64,000 nt of DNA from a virus (taxonomy: Duplodnaviria; Heunggongvirae; Uroviricota; Caudoviricetes). The position numbers were made by a program, and so were the translations under genes. The stretch is from the IMG/VR virus record IMGVR_UViG_3300005512_005684, positions 39,003 to 103,002 of that record; one strand, given 5' to 3'. Position 1 is the first letter of the stretch, and every line of letters begins with the position of its first letter. The notes beneath the pieces are model-generated. The model was given only the letters and a program-made list of their open reading frames with translations, had not been told where the DNA came from and made no database searches. This document shows positions 8,281 through 18,727 of the stretch, in pieces.

Positions 8281-8847
8281 TCTTATGTACAAATACAATT
8301 GACTAAAAGAGTGAGTGTGCAAGGCTCTATAGCCACCAAAACACTTACAGGGATCACGCGCCAACCTACAGGAATTAGTGTATTGTATTTGCCTATAGCG
8401 TAGACGCCCTTTAGAGCCTATGAGAGTGACGACTAGAGGGGAAGTGTAGAGTGGTGAATTAGTATGTCCTAAAGCATAAGTGATCGTGGTGACGTATGAG
8501 TGTGTGGCGGGCACCGCAGGAGTTAATCGTGATTGTTAATGATGGATCGGGTCGCGGGATTACGGGAGCCGGGTGTCCTGAAAATTGACCCTTTATATTT
8601 TACTAATCCATATAAAATTAGCCCAAAGGCGTAAGCATCCACGCATTCCGAAATAGGTTTTAGAATTTCGATTTTCGATTTCGGTTTTCAATTAACAATA
8701 CCTATTTCTAATTACTGCATATCAAGGTCAAAATGAAACAGGAAACTTGTTTGGTTTGATCTGGCTTTGGTTCCGCGAGACGCGTTTGTCGTTTTCGTTT
8801 TGGTACGTATACTGGGGCGAATCTTTCAACTCAAACGGAGTTCGTCC

Positions 8848-11800
8848 ATGTCTGTGAATCTCGACAAGTTTAAGAAAGGTTTGGTTTTCCTAAATAAGCG
8901 CCAAGCGGGTGCACCGGTAGAGCGGATGGTGGAACAGTTGGTTGCCAAACACGGTGACAAGTTTCGAGCGTTGGTCATGCCGTCAGCAAACATGTATGAC
9001 ATTGAATTCCTTCGTGGTCTTGGAGTGCGGGATAGTAAGATACTTGCGGTGGAGCGTGACAGTGAGTCGTTTGAAGAGATACGTTCGTCGAGCGTGGTAA
9101 ACACCTTTGATGCGCCGCTGGACGTTGGGACGGCGACCTTTCTAAACAGAAAGCGTTTTCATTGGGTCAATCTGGATATAACGAGTCCGATAGGTCATGA
9201 GTTGTTTTCGTCTTTGTGTCACGTGTTTGCACGAGGTCTCTGTTCGGGCGGTGTGGTCTCGATGACGGCGATATGTGGTCGCGAGCAGGGTCGAAACAGG
9301 CAATTACTGAATCTACTTTGCCGGATTTGTGAGACGAAATATGACCTTCCGACATGTGGAGACTGGCTTGAAGGACAGCGAGTCATGGCTATGTTTTGTT
9401 TCACGTACATCGTGCCATTGCTATATGGGTGGAGAGTAGAACGACTTGTTCACTCGCGATATTCGAGTGACACGGACTCAAAGGTGAATAATCTAATACT
9501 GGCCGCGGGGAAGTATCGGCGTGGAAGCTATGAGGTGGGTGAGCTACTGGACCGTTACATGCGTTGGATTCAGTCTGACGAAACGTTCTACTGTCCTAAG
9601 AGGGGTTTACGTGTTGACGACGTAGTGGAACCACTTCCAAACGGTTCGGAGCTAGTACGTCACGTTAGCAAGGTCATGGAGGAAGGTTCGGAGAGCTACT
9701 CTCTTGGTAGTAACTCGAATCGTGTCTATCAAAGAAAAGCGGCTAGAAAGTTAGAGCGCTCATTAACTAATGGCGAGTCGTCTGCAATTGCGGACATGTG
9801 TACGGCCTCTGGAAAGACCCGTGTTCTGAAGCTGACACTGGAGCGTTTATTGACCGGTGGCAAACGGGCGCTTTTGGTCTCTCACGACAGGGAGATATTG
9901 CGTCAAGACCGGCGCGAATTGAATCAAAGTGACAAGTTATGTGCCACTTTCCTGGGGCATCATCCGACCCCGGAGACGAACGTATATGTTGAGACGATTC
10001 AGACGATGATTTCCATGCGCCAACGTCGGCCGCGAGCGTACCGGGCGTTGCGTTCCAAGCTGTCTTACATGGCTCTTGATGAAGTGCACCACTATACGGA
10101 TGACGAGCGAATGGCGTGGTCTGCTCTCGTGGCTGACTTCCGCAAACACGGGATCAAAAGATGTGGTGTCACTGGTACAGCGTTTCGATACGATGGCCGG
10201 CCCATCCTTGAACCGGGGTACGAAGATCAAATAGTGTTTCGATACACTCTCCAACAGGGTGTCAACGATGGCTATGTGGCTGAGATATATGGTATGACTG
10301 TGAGGACACATGTCACACCGGTGAAAGAGACGTGGGTAGAGAATGAGTTGAATAAGACCTTTGATCGTCTTGGAGAGCGTTCACGTTTTGAGGCGATCAA
10401 TCACACGTTACATGAAGTACGAGACAGTGTGTTCAACGGCGAGCTTCATACATTATTGTTTGTGAAACATGTACGTGAGGGTAAGCGACTCTCGAAATAC
10501 CTTGTGAAGCAAGGTTGGCGTAGTCAGATAATCACGTCTTCGACGCCGCAGAAAAAGAGACAGGTGTATTATCGGGACTTTCGAGCGGGGCGTCTTGACA
10601 TCCTGGTAAACATTCGTGTTATTTCAGAGGGTGTGGACTTACCCAACTGCAACATGGTTGGGTTGGTTCGGAGTACGTCGTCACCGGTACTCTATTCACA
10701 GATGATTGGTCGTGGTGTTCGTGTTACGAAGAGAAAAAAGGGTCTGTTGGTGGTGGACTTCGAGGACAACTTACGGTTACAGAATTCCAAGAACGTAGTT
10801 CGATTTAGTGACCTATCATCTAATCGGAATGACCGCCGAATCATGTCTAACAATGGTGTTGTTGTTCGTCAGGAGAACAATCCACACGAGGTCATAACTG
10901 GTATTGACTTCGACTATCTTCCGTTACAGGTCAAGGATCATGGTGGTGAGCGCAACAACAACAATCGGAGTATGTATCTTCCATACTGCATGGCCTTGGT
11001 AGTGGCGCATAGGTTGTGTAAGGAGTATGGAATAAGGAGCATCCTTGACTGGACTGAGGCTTACGACGCTGGTCATATACCATCATATATTCCGAGGTCG
11101 CCACAGGTGGTATATGCTGGAGAGTGGGAGAGTTGGTTTGTCTGGTGTGACAAGACTCAGAGACCGTTTGCTCAAACTCGCGAGTGGCTTCACACATTGG
11201 GTTTCAGTAAGGTTGATGACTGGCGCGGTTATTGTCTTACTCACGAGTTGCCGCCCGACATACCGCGGAGTCTTTACGCATACAAAGACCATGTGTTGTG
11301 GAAAGGTCTTCCAGACATACTCGGGGTTCCGAATAAACTGTTGTATCGGGAGAACTACATTCCCCAGAGCTATGATGAACTCCGTGCGTATGTGCTCAAG
11401 CACGGTTTTACGACTATGCCTCAATGGGAGGAACATGCGCGTAAACCAGAGAACTATGGTAAGTATCCAGTCGGCGTTGCCAAGTTCTTCCCGGACTCAT
11501 GGCGTGGAACAGAACATTTCTTTGGTCATGTGGATGTGACAGTGGAGGAACTAACCAAGTTGTGTGATCTACTAGCGGTATGTACTCAGGATTGTTACGA
11601 CTGGTTTCGGGAGTGTGTGGGTAGTACAACAACGAAATACGGGGAATACTATCGAGACCTAAAGTGTAAGTTTCCAGCCAACCCAGAGTTGTTTTTTCGA
11701 GACAAGAACATTTGGGGCAAGATACTTTGTAAGCGAAAGATGGTGGAGGTGTCTGAAGCGAAGTTAGTGATTCAAGGTATGGGTCTGAGGTCTCTCTCGG

Positions 11801-12888
11801 AATATATGAAGGTAAAACGTCTTGGTTTGGAGTTATACGATCTGCCAATATCTTTGAGGTTCTACTACGACAAGCCTCACGAGAACTGGTTTTCCAGATG
11901 TGGATATAAGGGGGTCTCACAGTGGGTTAGGGAGAACTGTGAGGTTTTTATGGGAGCGGTCACGAAAGAAGATTGGTTGGAGCTATATGATTCTGGCAAG
12001 ATACCTGTTTGGATTCCGCGCCGCCCTGACCTGTATTATCGGGATCAGTTTCCGACTAATTGGTCGGAGTTTCTACAAAAGCGGAGGTTCTTACCAGTTA
12101 ATCAGGCACGGGACATAGTGCGTCCCCTTGGGTTAGAGAATATGTGTCAATGGGTGGCATTGAGGAAAAAATCAATGTCTGGTGAAGGCAACCCACTCTT
12201 TCGTAAGATACCGGTTAATCCCCAGGCTACATATTCGGATCAATGGGAAGGAGATTGTTGGTTTTTTGGATCGCAATTCCGTTCAAGAAAGCATAAACGA
12301 CTGAACTTTAGTAATAAGACTGGGTTTTGGGACTTTGAGAGGGCACATGAGTACATCCTGTCTAAGGAGTTCCCGAACCAAAAGGCATACTTCGACTATG
12401 TATGGGCCGGAGAGTTACCTCACGGTATTCCACGCCGTCCTGAGTCGCATTATGATGAATGGGTAAGTTACTCTCACTGGATTGGTAATGATCGTACGCG
12501 CGTATCGGCTCTGAAAAAATTACCTTTTGCTAAAGCCCGCGCATGTGCTCGCAGGTTGAAACTCAAAGGGACAGAGAGTGCTTGGAAGGATTTTGTTAGA
12601 AACCGAAGGTCTGAGTTACCGAAGGGAATGCCAATTAGTCCTGAAATTGCGTATAAGAGACAGTGGAAAGGGTGGTATGATTTTCTTGTAGCTGATCTAT
12701 TAGACTACGAGCGCGCAAAGGAACTCCTTATACCGTTCAAGATTGAAAGCCGTGTTGACTATAGCTGTCGCTACAAGAAAGGTGAAATTCCTGAAGGGAT
12801 ACCACCAAAGCCTGGATTTGCGTACAAAAATCGAGGTTGGAAAGGGGTAGAGGATTTTTTCAGTATCAAACAGGAGAACACGACATGA
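8848..12888 (+). CDS. methyltransferase-like domain + SF2 (ResIII/DEAD-like) helicase + about 10 integrase-repeat-like units
   Basis: TASGKT, LDEVHH, GVTGTAFRYD, ISEGVDLP and QMIGRGVR helicase motifs. N-terminal ILAVERD...WVNLD is Rossmann-like. C-terminal A...LG...W...P..IP..P...Y...W..W..F units are PF14882-like. GGAG RBS before ATG 8848. Confidence 0.85.
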   Translation: MSVNLDKFKKGLVFLNKRQAGAPVERMVEQLVAKHGDKFRALVMPSANMYDIEFLRGLGVRDSKILAVERDSESFEEIRSSSVVNTFDAPLDVGTATFLNRKRFHWVNLDITSPIGHELFSSLCHVFARGLCSGGVVSMTAICGREQGRNRQLLNLLCRICETKYDLPTCGDWLEGQRVMAMFCFTYIVPLLYGWRVERLVHSRYSSDTDSKVNNLILAAGKYRRGSYEVGELLDRYMRWIQSDETFYCPKRGLRVDDVVEPLPNGSELVRHVSKVMEEGSESYSLGSNSNRVYQRKAARKLERSLTNGESSAIADMCTASGKTRVLKLTLERLLTGGKRALLVSHDREILRQDRRELNQSDKLCATFLGHHPTPETNVYVETIQTMISMRQRRPRAYRALRSKLSYMALDEVHHYTDDERMAWSALVADFRKHGIKRCGVTGTAFRYDGRPILEPGYEDQIVFRYTLQQGVNDGYVAEIYGMTVRTHVTPVKETWVENELNKTFDRLGERSRFEAINHTLHEVRDSVFNGELHTLLFVKHVREGKRLSKYLVKQGWRSQIITSSTPQKKRQVYYRDFRAGRLDILVNIRVISEGVDLPNCNMVGLVRSTSSPVLYSQMIGRGVRVTKRKKGLLVVDFEDNLRLQNSKNVVRFSDLSSNRNDRRIMSNNGVVVRQENNPHEVITGIDFDYLPLQVKDHGGERNNNNRSMYLPYCMALVVAHRLCKEYGIRSILDWTEAYDAGHIPSYIPRSPQVVYAGEWESWFVWCDKTQRPFAQTREWLHTLGFSKVDDWRGYCLTHELPPDIPRSLYAYKDHVLWKGLPDILGVPNKLLYRENYIPQSYDELRAYVLKHGFTTMPQWEEHARKPENYGKYPVGVAKFFPDSWRGTEHFFGHVDVTVEELTKLCDLLAVCTQDCYDWFRECVGSTTTKYGEYYRDLKCKFPANPELFFRDKNIWGKILCKRKMVEVSEAKLVIQGMGLRSLSEYMKVKRLGLELYDLPISLRFYYDKPHENWFSRCGYKGVSQWVRENCEVFMGAVTKEDWLELYDSGKIPVWIPRRPDLYYRDQFPTNWSEFLQKRRFLPVNQARDIVRPLGLENMCQWVALRKKSMSGEGNPLFRKIPVNPQATYSDQWEGDCWFFGSQFRSRKHKRLNFSNKTGFWDFERAHEYILSKEFPNQKAYFDYVWAGELPHGIPRRPESHYDEWVSYSHWIGNDRTRVSALKKLPFAKARACARRLKLKGTESAWKDFVRNRRSELPKGMPISPEIAYKRQWKGWYDFLVADLLDYERAKELLIPFKIESRVDYSCRYKKGEIPEGIPPKPGFAYKNRGWKGVEDFFSIKQENTT

Positions 12889-13277
12889 AGACTGCTACGA
12901 AAGATGCTGTTGGTCGAGCGATAGATGCGTTTGATAGGACACTGGCGACTGTTGTGCTTGGTAAGGGTAAGAGTGAGGCTGAGCAACTTGAGATACTGAA
13001 GTCATTGCATCCGGTGACTGGTGAGCTTGAGCGCTTCGAGGGCGAGTTACGTGGACATGATTGCGGCGGAGAGGTCGAGTTGTGTGAGGAGTTTTGTACG
13101 ATACGTGCACGGTGTTGCGCCTGCGGACAGGTCTTTGAAATGAATCTACAAGACTTCAAGGCTGACGTGTTGCACCTACCGGAGCCGAGTAAGAGCGAAG
13201 TCGAGGGAGCGTATCGCCGGCCCGCTGATCGACTGGCGCACTTTCGAGCTATTGTGGGGACGAGTAATGGTGACTAA
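12885..13277 (+). CDS. hypothetical protein with Cys motif
   Basis: ATGA overlap with the helicase stop; CAGGAG RBS. Confidence 0.55.
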   Translation: MKTATKDAVGRAIDAFDRTLATVVLGKGKSEAEQLEILKSLHPVTGELERFEGELRGHDCGGEVELCEEFCTIRARCCACGQVFEMNLQDFKADVLHLPEPSKSEVEGAYRRPADRLAHFRAIVGTSNGD

Positions 13278-13914
13278 GTACATACAGCTAGTCTTGGATT
13301 CATTGCTCAAGGCGACACGCCTGGAGTCGAGTGTGGTGCAGTCAGAGCTTGAGTCATGCTTCGACACACGGATGGTCGGATGCGAGACGGTGCACTTACT
13401 GAGCAATTTGTGTGCGAGTGAGTTAGTGCGTGTGTATTTGAACGTTGGTATATGGCGTGGTGCGAGTTTCATACCGCCGTTGCTTGGCACTGACGTGCGC
13501 GGGATTGGTGTTGACAATTGGTCTCAATTCGGCGGGGCCGGAGCGCGCGAGATAGTGAACCGGAGTTTGCGATTACGAGTGCCTGCGGAGCGTTATCACG
13601 TGATCGAGGGAGACGCTTTTGAGGTTCCGTTACCGGGAGAGATTGCGGACGGTACGGTGGACTTGTATTTCTACGACGGCGATCATCATTTCGAGGCGCA
13701 GCAACGAGCGTTTACGTATTACGACAGGTCATTTGCTTCGACGTTCGTGGCGGTGGTGGATGATTGGCGGAATTGGCATCGAGGTTACAAGGCGAAGGTG
13801 GGGACGTTGAGTGCCTTTGAGTCCCTCGGTTATCGTGTTCCGTTTCACGTGACGTTAGACTGGTCGAGTGGGTTGTTCGTGGCGGTGGTGGAGAAAGGAC
13901 AGAATAATGAGTGA
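13267..13914 (+). CDS. class I SAM-dependent methyltransferase (Methyltransf_24-like)
   Basis: VGIWRGASF, GVDNW, IEGDAF, DLYFYDGDH, VVDDW. Confidence 0.8.
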   Translation: MVTKYIQLVLDSLLKATRLESSVVQSELESCFDTRMVGCETVHLLSNLCASELVRVYLNVGIWRGASFIPPLLGTDVRGIGVDNWSQFGGAGAREIVNRSLRLRVPAERYHVIEGDAFEVPLPGEIADGTVDLYFYDGDHHFEAQQRAFTYYDRSFASTFVAVVDDWRNWHRGYKAKVGTLSAFESLGYRVPFHVTLDWSSGLFVAVVEKGQNNE

Positions 13915-14623
13915 CGAGGAGCGTTTGAAGCGAGAGAATCGGCTCTTGATCGCGATTTGCACGGCGTTAATTGCCGGTACGATCACGAAGGGTCGTGCGG
14001 AGGGCTTACTCCTGAAGATTATCGGCGGTTTGGAGGTGTCGGAGCCTGGGTGCCCCTCAGATGGTGGAAAGTTGAGTGGAAACTGAGTAAAGTATCGGGG
14101 CTGGCGGTTGGAAGAGTGGATTATCCCTGGACAATGTGGGAGGGGTTATGCAAGCGAGATTTGCGCTTTCGGGCGTCAAGGTGTGCGTACAGAGCGAGGA
14201 CCGGTGGACTGACAAGGTGGTGAGAATGGCTTTTGACACGGGAGAAAAGACGCTTGAGGTCGAGGTTTCCCTACCGAGTGAGTTGGGTTTCAGTATGTGT
14301 CACCGTGAGACAGAGAGCGGTGGCAAGGTCGAGTTGGGTGTTGGTAAGATGGGCATGGAAGAGGTTCTCGCGAAGCTCTGATTCCTTACGGCTCATGGGA
14401 GGTTTTTGGTATGGCTAAGCAAGGCGAGGTTGTGGGAGTTCCGAAAGAGAGCGAGGGTCAAGTGACTCTTACTTCCGATCAATGGCTTTGGCTCAAGGAT
14501 CATTTTGGAGCGGTATGCGAGACAGTTGTGGGAAGTGCCAGTGGAGCTACGCTCTGACGAGCGCAAGATGATCCGGTCGGTCCGTGACACACTTGATCAG
14601 ACTACTTAGTTGGAGGTTTTTCT

Positions 14624-15220
14624 ATGAAAGTCAGGTATGAGTGTTCGGTTTGCGCGGCGGGTTTGGAGCTTGGAGTCGGTGAACAATGGCCGACGTGCGA
14701 GCAGTGTGGGAAAGAGGGAGACGCTACGCTTATGCACGTGGTGAATGACAACGGAGTCATGTTGCCCATGACAGGGACTTACCGATGTCGCATGAAGCGA
14801 GGGTATGATCTTCAACGTGCGGCGGAGCAATTACGGAAGGTGGATCCTAATAGTACACTTTCGGCGACAGAGCTTGGGTTCCTAGAGCGCAGTGAGGAGT
14901 TGACTCTTGGCACCGCGGTGAAGTTGGCGCTGGCGTATGAGTGTACCCTCGACGAGATTGCTGGACTTGGCGAGGAGACTACGAGATACGAGTCGGCGTC
15001 GAAGTACTTACTGGAGGTTTTTCGGGACGAAGAGGAAGACCTCTCTGTCCGCAAGAGTGTTTTGAACATCTTGCTTCGGCTTTTTGATTCTGTTTTAGAG
15101 GTCATTGAGTATCTTCGGGAGTTGCAGGAGTGGACTAGCCCGGAGGATGATCCAGACGAATTGGAAATGAAGCGTGCGATTGTGTCGGCCTTGGGTGTTT
15201 ATTACGGGAAGGTGGAGTGA
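14624..15220 (+). CDS. Zn-ribbon + XRE-type HTH protein
   Basis: CSVC/CEQC; RMKRGYDLQRAAE...SATELGFLERSE...AVKLALAYECTLDEI. Confidence 0.6.
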   Translation: MKVRYECSVCAAGLELGVGEQWPTCEQCGKEGDATLMHVVNDNGVMLPMTGTYRCRMKRGYDLQRAAEQLRKVDPNSTLSATELGFLERSEELTLGTAVKLALAYECTLDEIAGLGEETTRYESASKYLLEVFRDEEEDLSVRKSVLNILLRLFDSVLEVIEYLRELQEWTSPEDDPDELEMKRAIVSALGVYYGKVE

Positions 15221-15221
15221 T

Positions 15222-15509
15222 ATGGCCGAGTGGACAAGGACACCTCCGACAGAGGAAGGTTGGTATTTCTGGCGTCGAGCGAAGACGACAAGAGACACTT
15301 CGCGGTGGCGGTCGCTTTACGTTGTCAATGAGTGTCCATATAAAGGCACTGACCGCGAGGTCGCAGGGTGGTGCGGTTGGGAAGGTGGTACTGCGGTAGA
15401 GTGGCCAAAGGGTGGATGGTGGCTTCACATCTATGGCTCAAAGGAAGAGGTAGTTCGTGAACGTATTAGCGGACCGATACCGGTTAGGAGAAAGCGACCG
15501 ACTGGTTAA
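15222..15509 (+). CDS. Trp-rich EGWYFW-domain protein (family member 1)
   Basis: WTRTPPTEEGWYFWRR...GGWW shared with 15526, 18500 and 19406. Confidence 0.6.
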   Translation: MAEWTRTPPTEEGWYFWRRAKTTRDTSRWRSLYVVNECPYKGTDREVAGWCGWEGGTAVEWPKGGWWLHIYGSKEEVVRERISGPIPVRRKRPTG

Positions 15510-15525
15510 ACAGGAGGGATTTGGT

Positions 15526-16155
15526 ATGGACTGGATTCGTTTTCAATCGACGAGTGGCATCTTCGATAAGATCAACGGGCGAGCCACTTATGCTTCGACA
15601 GAGGATGGGCAGACACGGGTTGTGGTGCGTGGCAATCGTATTCTGGCCGAGTTCGCGTTCCTGGAGGACGAACTCCCGAAGGTTCAAGAGTGCATGGAGG
15701 AAGTTGTCCGGTTGAACAAACGGACTTCTGAGTTGAAGCTCGTGGTGGTGCACCCTTCCTTGAAGCGTCGGGCGTTGATTATCTTCACGAAGGGGGCAAC
15801 ACCGCGGCGGTTATTGGAGCAGGTTAATCCATATCCACTACCTGGTGTGTGTGAATGGTTTCGTGGTCGTCCTCAGCGTGAGGGTTGGTATTTGTGGCGG
15901 CGGTCCAAGACAGTGAAAGTCCAGGCGAAGTGGCGAGCGTACTACGTGCGCGATAACAATCCAACGATCTGGGGCGGGCACGATCTGAAGTGGGGGCTTT
16001 TGGAGAATGGTCGCGAGATCAACGAGTGGCCTGCGGGCGGTTGGTGGATTCCGTCTTGCGTTCGGTGTTCGGAGATTGGTGAGCGGATACTGGGAGCGTT
16101 GAAAAAGGAACCTTTTTCCTTACAGAAAAACGTGGATGGTTCTTGGGAGATATGA
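15526..16155 (+). CDS. hypothetical protein with C-terminal EGWYLW domain (member 2)
   Basis: GGAGG RBS before ATG 15526; EGWYLWRR...WRAYYV...GGWW. Confidence 0.6.
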   Translation: MDWIRFQSTSGIFDKINGRATYASTEDGQTRVVVRGNRILAEFAFLEDELPKVQECMEEVVRLNKRTSELKLVVVHPSLKRRALIIFTKGATPRRLLEQVNPYPLPGVCEWFRGRPQREGWYLWRRSKTVKVQAKWRAYYVRDNNPTIWGGHDLKWGLLENGREINEWPAGGWWIPSCVRCSEIGERILGALKKEPFSLQKNVDGSWEI

Positions 16156-16164
16156 GGATTCAAC

Positions 16165-16497
16165 ATGGTTACTGGAGTTGCGATTCACGAGGTTTACGTT
16201 GTCTATCCGACAGACGAAGATGGTCGGGCGCTCCTGGACAAGCCGGTTGGCCACTACTCGGAAGAGGAAGTGGCGGACATGATAGCTGAAGGAAAAGGAG
16301 CCTGGGTCACGAAGGGTTCGGTGATCCGTAAGCACGCGATTGAGGTTGTCCATGACTCGAAGCCGTCAGTGTTCTTCATTCTTGAGTCTCGCGATCCGAT
16401 TGATCTCAATGGCAACAAAGACGAGGAACTGGCTAAACTCAAGCAATCGGCCGCGGAGAAACTGAGTCCTGCGGAAAAAAAGGCGCTTGGGTTATGA
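16165..16497 (+). CDS. hypothetical protein
   Basis: GAGGA RBS; ends in the common phage C-terminus KLSPAEKKALGL. Confidence 0.6.
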   Translation: MVTGVAIHEVYVVYPTDEDGRALLDKPVGHYSEEEVADMIAEGKGAWVTKGSVIRKHAIEVVHDSKPSVFFILESRDPIDLNGNKDEELAKLKQSAAEKLSPAEKKALGL

Positions 16498-17512
16498 AGA
16501 CCACGATCAATGATCCGGTTCATGCTGGCGTCCCGGAGGGAGACGTTCTAGGGACTTACTACGCGGAGTTACCGTGGAAGTACACGATGGTCTGGATATG
16601 TCTTCATGCTTGCGGGCAAACGAACAAGGACTGGTGTTCGACAGATCAGGGTCTCATTGCGACGTGTCGGGCGTGTGGTAAGCGGTCGAAGGTGCGTCCG
16701 AATCTCAAACGGGTTGAAAAGGGGTAGAGTTATGCGTGCCATACTTCAACAGTTATGGAACTGGATTACTGGTCGTACGGCTGCGGGACGGATTGTGGAC
16801 GAGTTTGTGAAGCGTTTCCCTGGCCGCTGTTTGATCTGTTCCTATCATCGTTACGGTTGGTCTCACGGCTTGACTTCGGAGCCGCAGCCGGAGCCTCACG
16901 AGTGTATCGAGGGGAATCAATGACGAACTGCGCGGCTTTAGCCTCACAAATGATCCATGACGTGGAAGAGTGGGAGGTTGCGTTGGGGCGTTCTCTTGCC
17001 GTCAAGGAAACTGCCGCGGTTTACTGGGCGGACTATGGGCCGGCCTGGACACACCACGGATTTGAGGGTCGGGAGCGGCAAGACAGTGAGGCCGAGGGCA
17101 GGAAAGGTGTCCTTCGGTCAATGTGGGAGGAAGCGAAGGGAAGGTGTGTGGACACGATGAAGTTGACAATGATCGCACTTGGACTGAGGACAGATCAATG
17201 ACCCGAGACGAACTGAAGGTCGATCTAGTTGGGCGCTCACTTGCTCTGGACGGAGATCGGCAGCAATCGTTCCTCGACTGTGTGGATCAGGTCGTCGATT
17301 GCATTGTCGAGGTGGTGGAGCCCGAGGGGCATGAGACAGTGATTGAGTTCCTGGGTAAGTGTATCGAGAATGAAGCTAGGTTGATCACACCTAGTGATTT
17401 CAGCGGCGATTCGATTTGTGCCATGATACGGCGGAAGTATCAGATTTTTGGCGGCCCGTAGTGTGTTCGTGAGTAAATTGGATGTTGGAGATTTCGTAAC
17501 TGAGGGTCGAAC

Positions 17513-17941
17513 ATGAAGAAAAGCGAGTTGAGACCAAAAACACCTGGGTTGAATGTCAAAGATCGCAGTGTGATATGGAGATTGCGACGTGTTCCTAGTA
17601 GAGAAAGACGTGACAGGCTGGTTCTCAAGATGTATCGTCTAGGATACTCTCGATACATCATTTGTCAGTTGACTGGGTTGTCAAGAAAGACAGTGGATGC
17701 TATTAAGCTCAAGTCTTCAGAGGTGCTTCCAGTTGTTAGCAAGTGGGGAAAACCTCGTAGGAACGGGAACCTACCTCAAGAGGTGATTTTGCAGCGTCGT
17801 AAGGAGGCGAAACTTATGTTTGAGCAAGGTCAGAGTTATGAGGATATTGCGGAGAAATTTGGTGTTTCGAGAGGTACGATCTTCCGGGACATCTGCATCG
17901 AAACAAATAGACTTCCTGGTACAAACGGGAGATTGAAATGA
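17513..17941 (+). CDS. tandem HTH DNA-binding protein
   Basis: LGYSRYIICQLTGLSRKTV and QGQSYEDIAEKFGVSRGTIFR. Confidence 0.7.
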   Translation: MKKSELRPKTPGLNVKDRSVIWRLRRVPSRERRDRLVLKMYRLGYSRYIICQLTGLSRKTVDAIKLKSSEVLPVVSKWGKPRRNGNLPQEVILQRRKEAKLMFEQGQSYEDIAEKFGVSRGTIFRDICIETNRLPGTNGRLK

Positions 17942-18483
17942 CGAACACTACTGAGCGGTTGGTCGATTTGCCAAGTGGCTCGTGTTGTAACGAGGGTAAC
18001 TTCGACTACAAGTATGATTCTTACACGGCCTTTCAAGACTCTCGTTATCGGATGGCTTTGTGTAGGACGTGTGGCGTTGTCTGGTGGTTCGACAGGGACA
18101 GTGTAGGTCAAGGATGGTATCGCGAACGCGGTGGTCTTGACGACTTCCTGAGAGCGTCTACGACCTCCTCAGAGGAACTGGAAAAACCTTACGACGATCT
18201 GGACATACGACTCTTGACCAATCCTGCGGACTTGGAGCGGGTCGAGGGGGAGTTTGTGTTGATTCTTTCGTTGGCGGCGATCACCCGAGAGAACTATGTG
18301 CAGAAACGCCACGTGTCGTTTGTACCTGGGTTTTCAGTCGGTAAGAAAACCAAGTTCATGTTCCCGTTTGTGGGTTTGGTCGGGGATCGTAAAGACCTTG
18401 AGGAAGCGGCGCGGCGTTACGTGAAGACGAACCTTCGCTGTGTTTTAGATGGTGCGGTTCAAGAGCCGCCGGTGGTTCCGTAG
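17938..18483 (+). CDS. hypothetical protein
   Basis: ATGA overlap; 181 aa. Confidence 0.55.
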   Translation: MTNTTERLVDLPSGSCCNEGNFDYKYDSYTAFQDSRYRMALCRTCGVVWWFDRDSVGQGWYRERGGLDDFLRASTTSSEELEKPYDDLDIRLLTNPADLERVEGEFVLILSLAAITRENYVQKRHVSFVPGFSVGKKTKFMFPFVGLVGDRKDLEEAARRYVKTNLRCVLDGAVQEPPVVP

Positions 18484-18499
18484 AGGGAGGTTGAGTAAG

Positions 18500-18727
18500 A
18501 TGATGCTTGGGTGGACACGAGAGCGACCAATTGTGGAAGGTTGGTATTTCTGGAAAAAGGCGAAGACAACTCGTCAAGAGTATTGGCACGTGTACTATCT
18601 GAGGGATACGGGAACTGCCGGGCGGTTTGACTGGCATTTCTATGAGGGTGGTAAAGAGGTTGAGGAGCCACAGACAGGTGGTTGGTGGGGTAAGATTTCT
18701 TGGTTTCATTCACGTTATCCAAGGTGA
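18500..18727 (+). CDS. Trp-rich EGWYFW-domain protein (member 3)
   Basis: WTRERPIVEGWYFWKK...YYL...GGWW. Confidence 0.6.
   Translation: MMLGWTRERPIVEGWYFWKKAKTTRQEYWHVYYLRDTGTAGRFDWHFYEGGKEVEEPQTGGWWGKISWFHSRYPR

Noticed and set aside
10960-12888. Integrase or prophage attachment function inferred from 'integrase repeat' units
   Set aside because: The repeat is an accessory unit; no tyrosine or serine recombinase catalytic motif or att site was seen.
14411-14609. Possible frameshifted small gene (removing one T at TTTT 14503-14506 gives ...LKDHLERYARQLW...)
   Set aside because: No homolog in the window to confirm the join; cannot be distinguished from chance.
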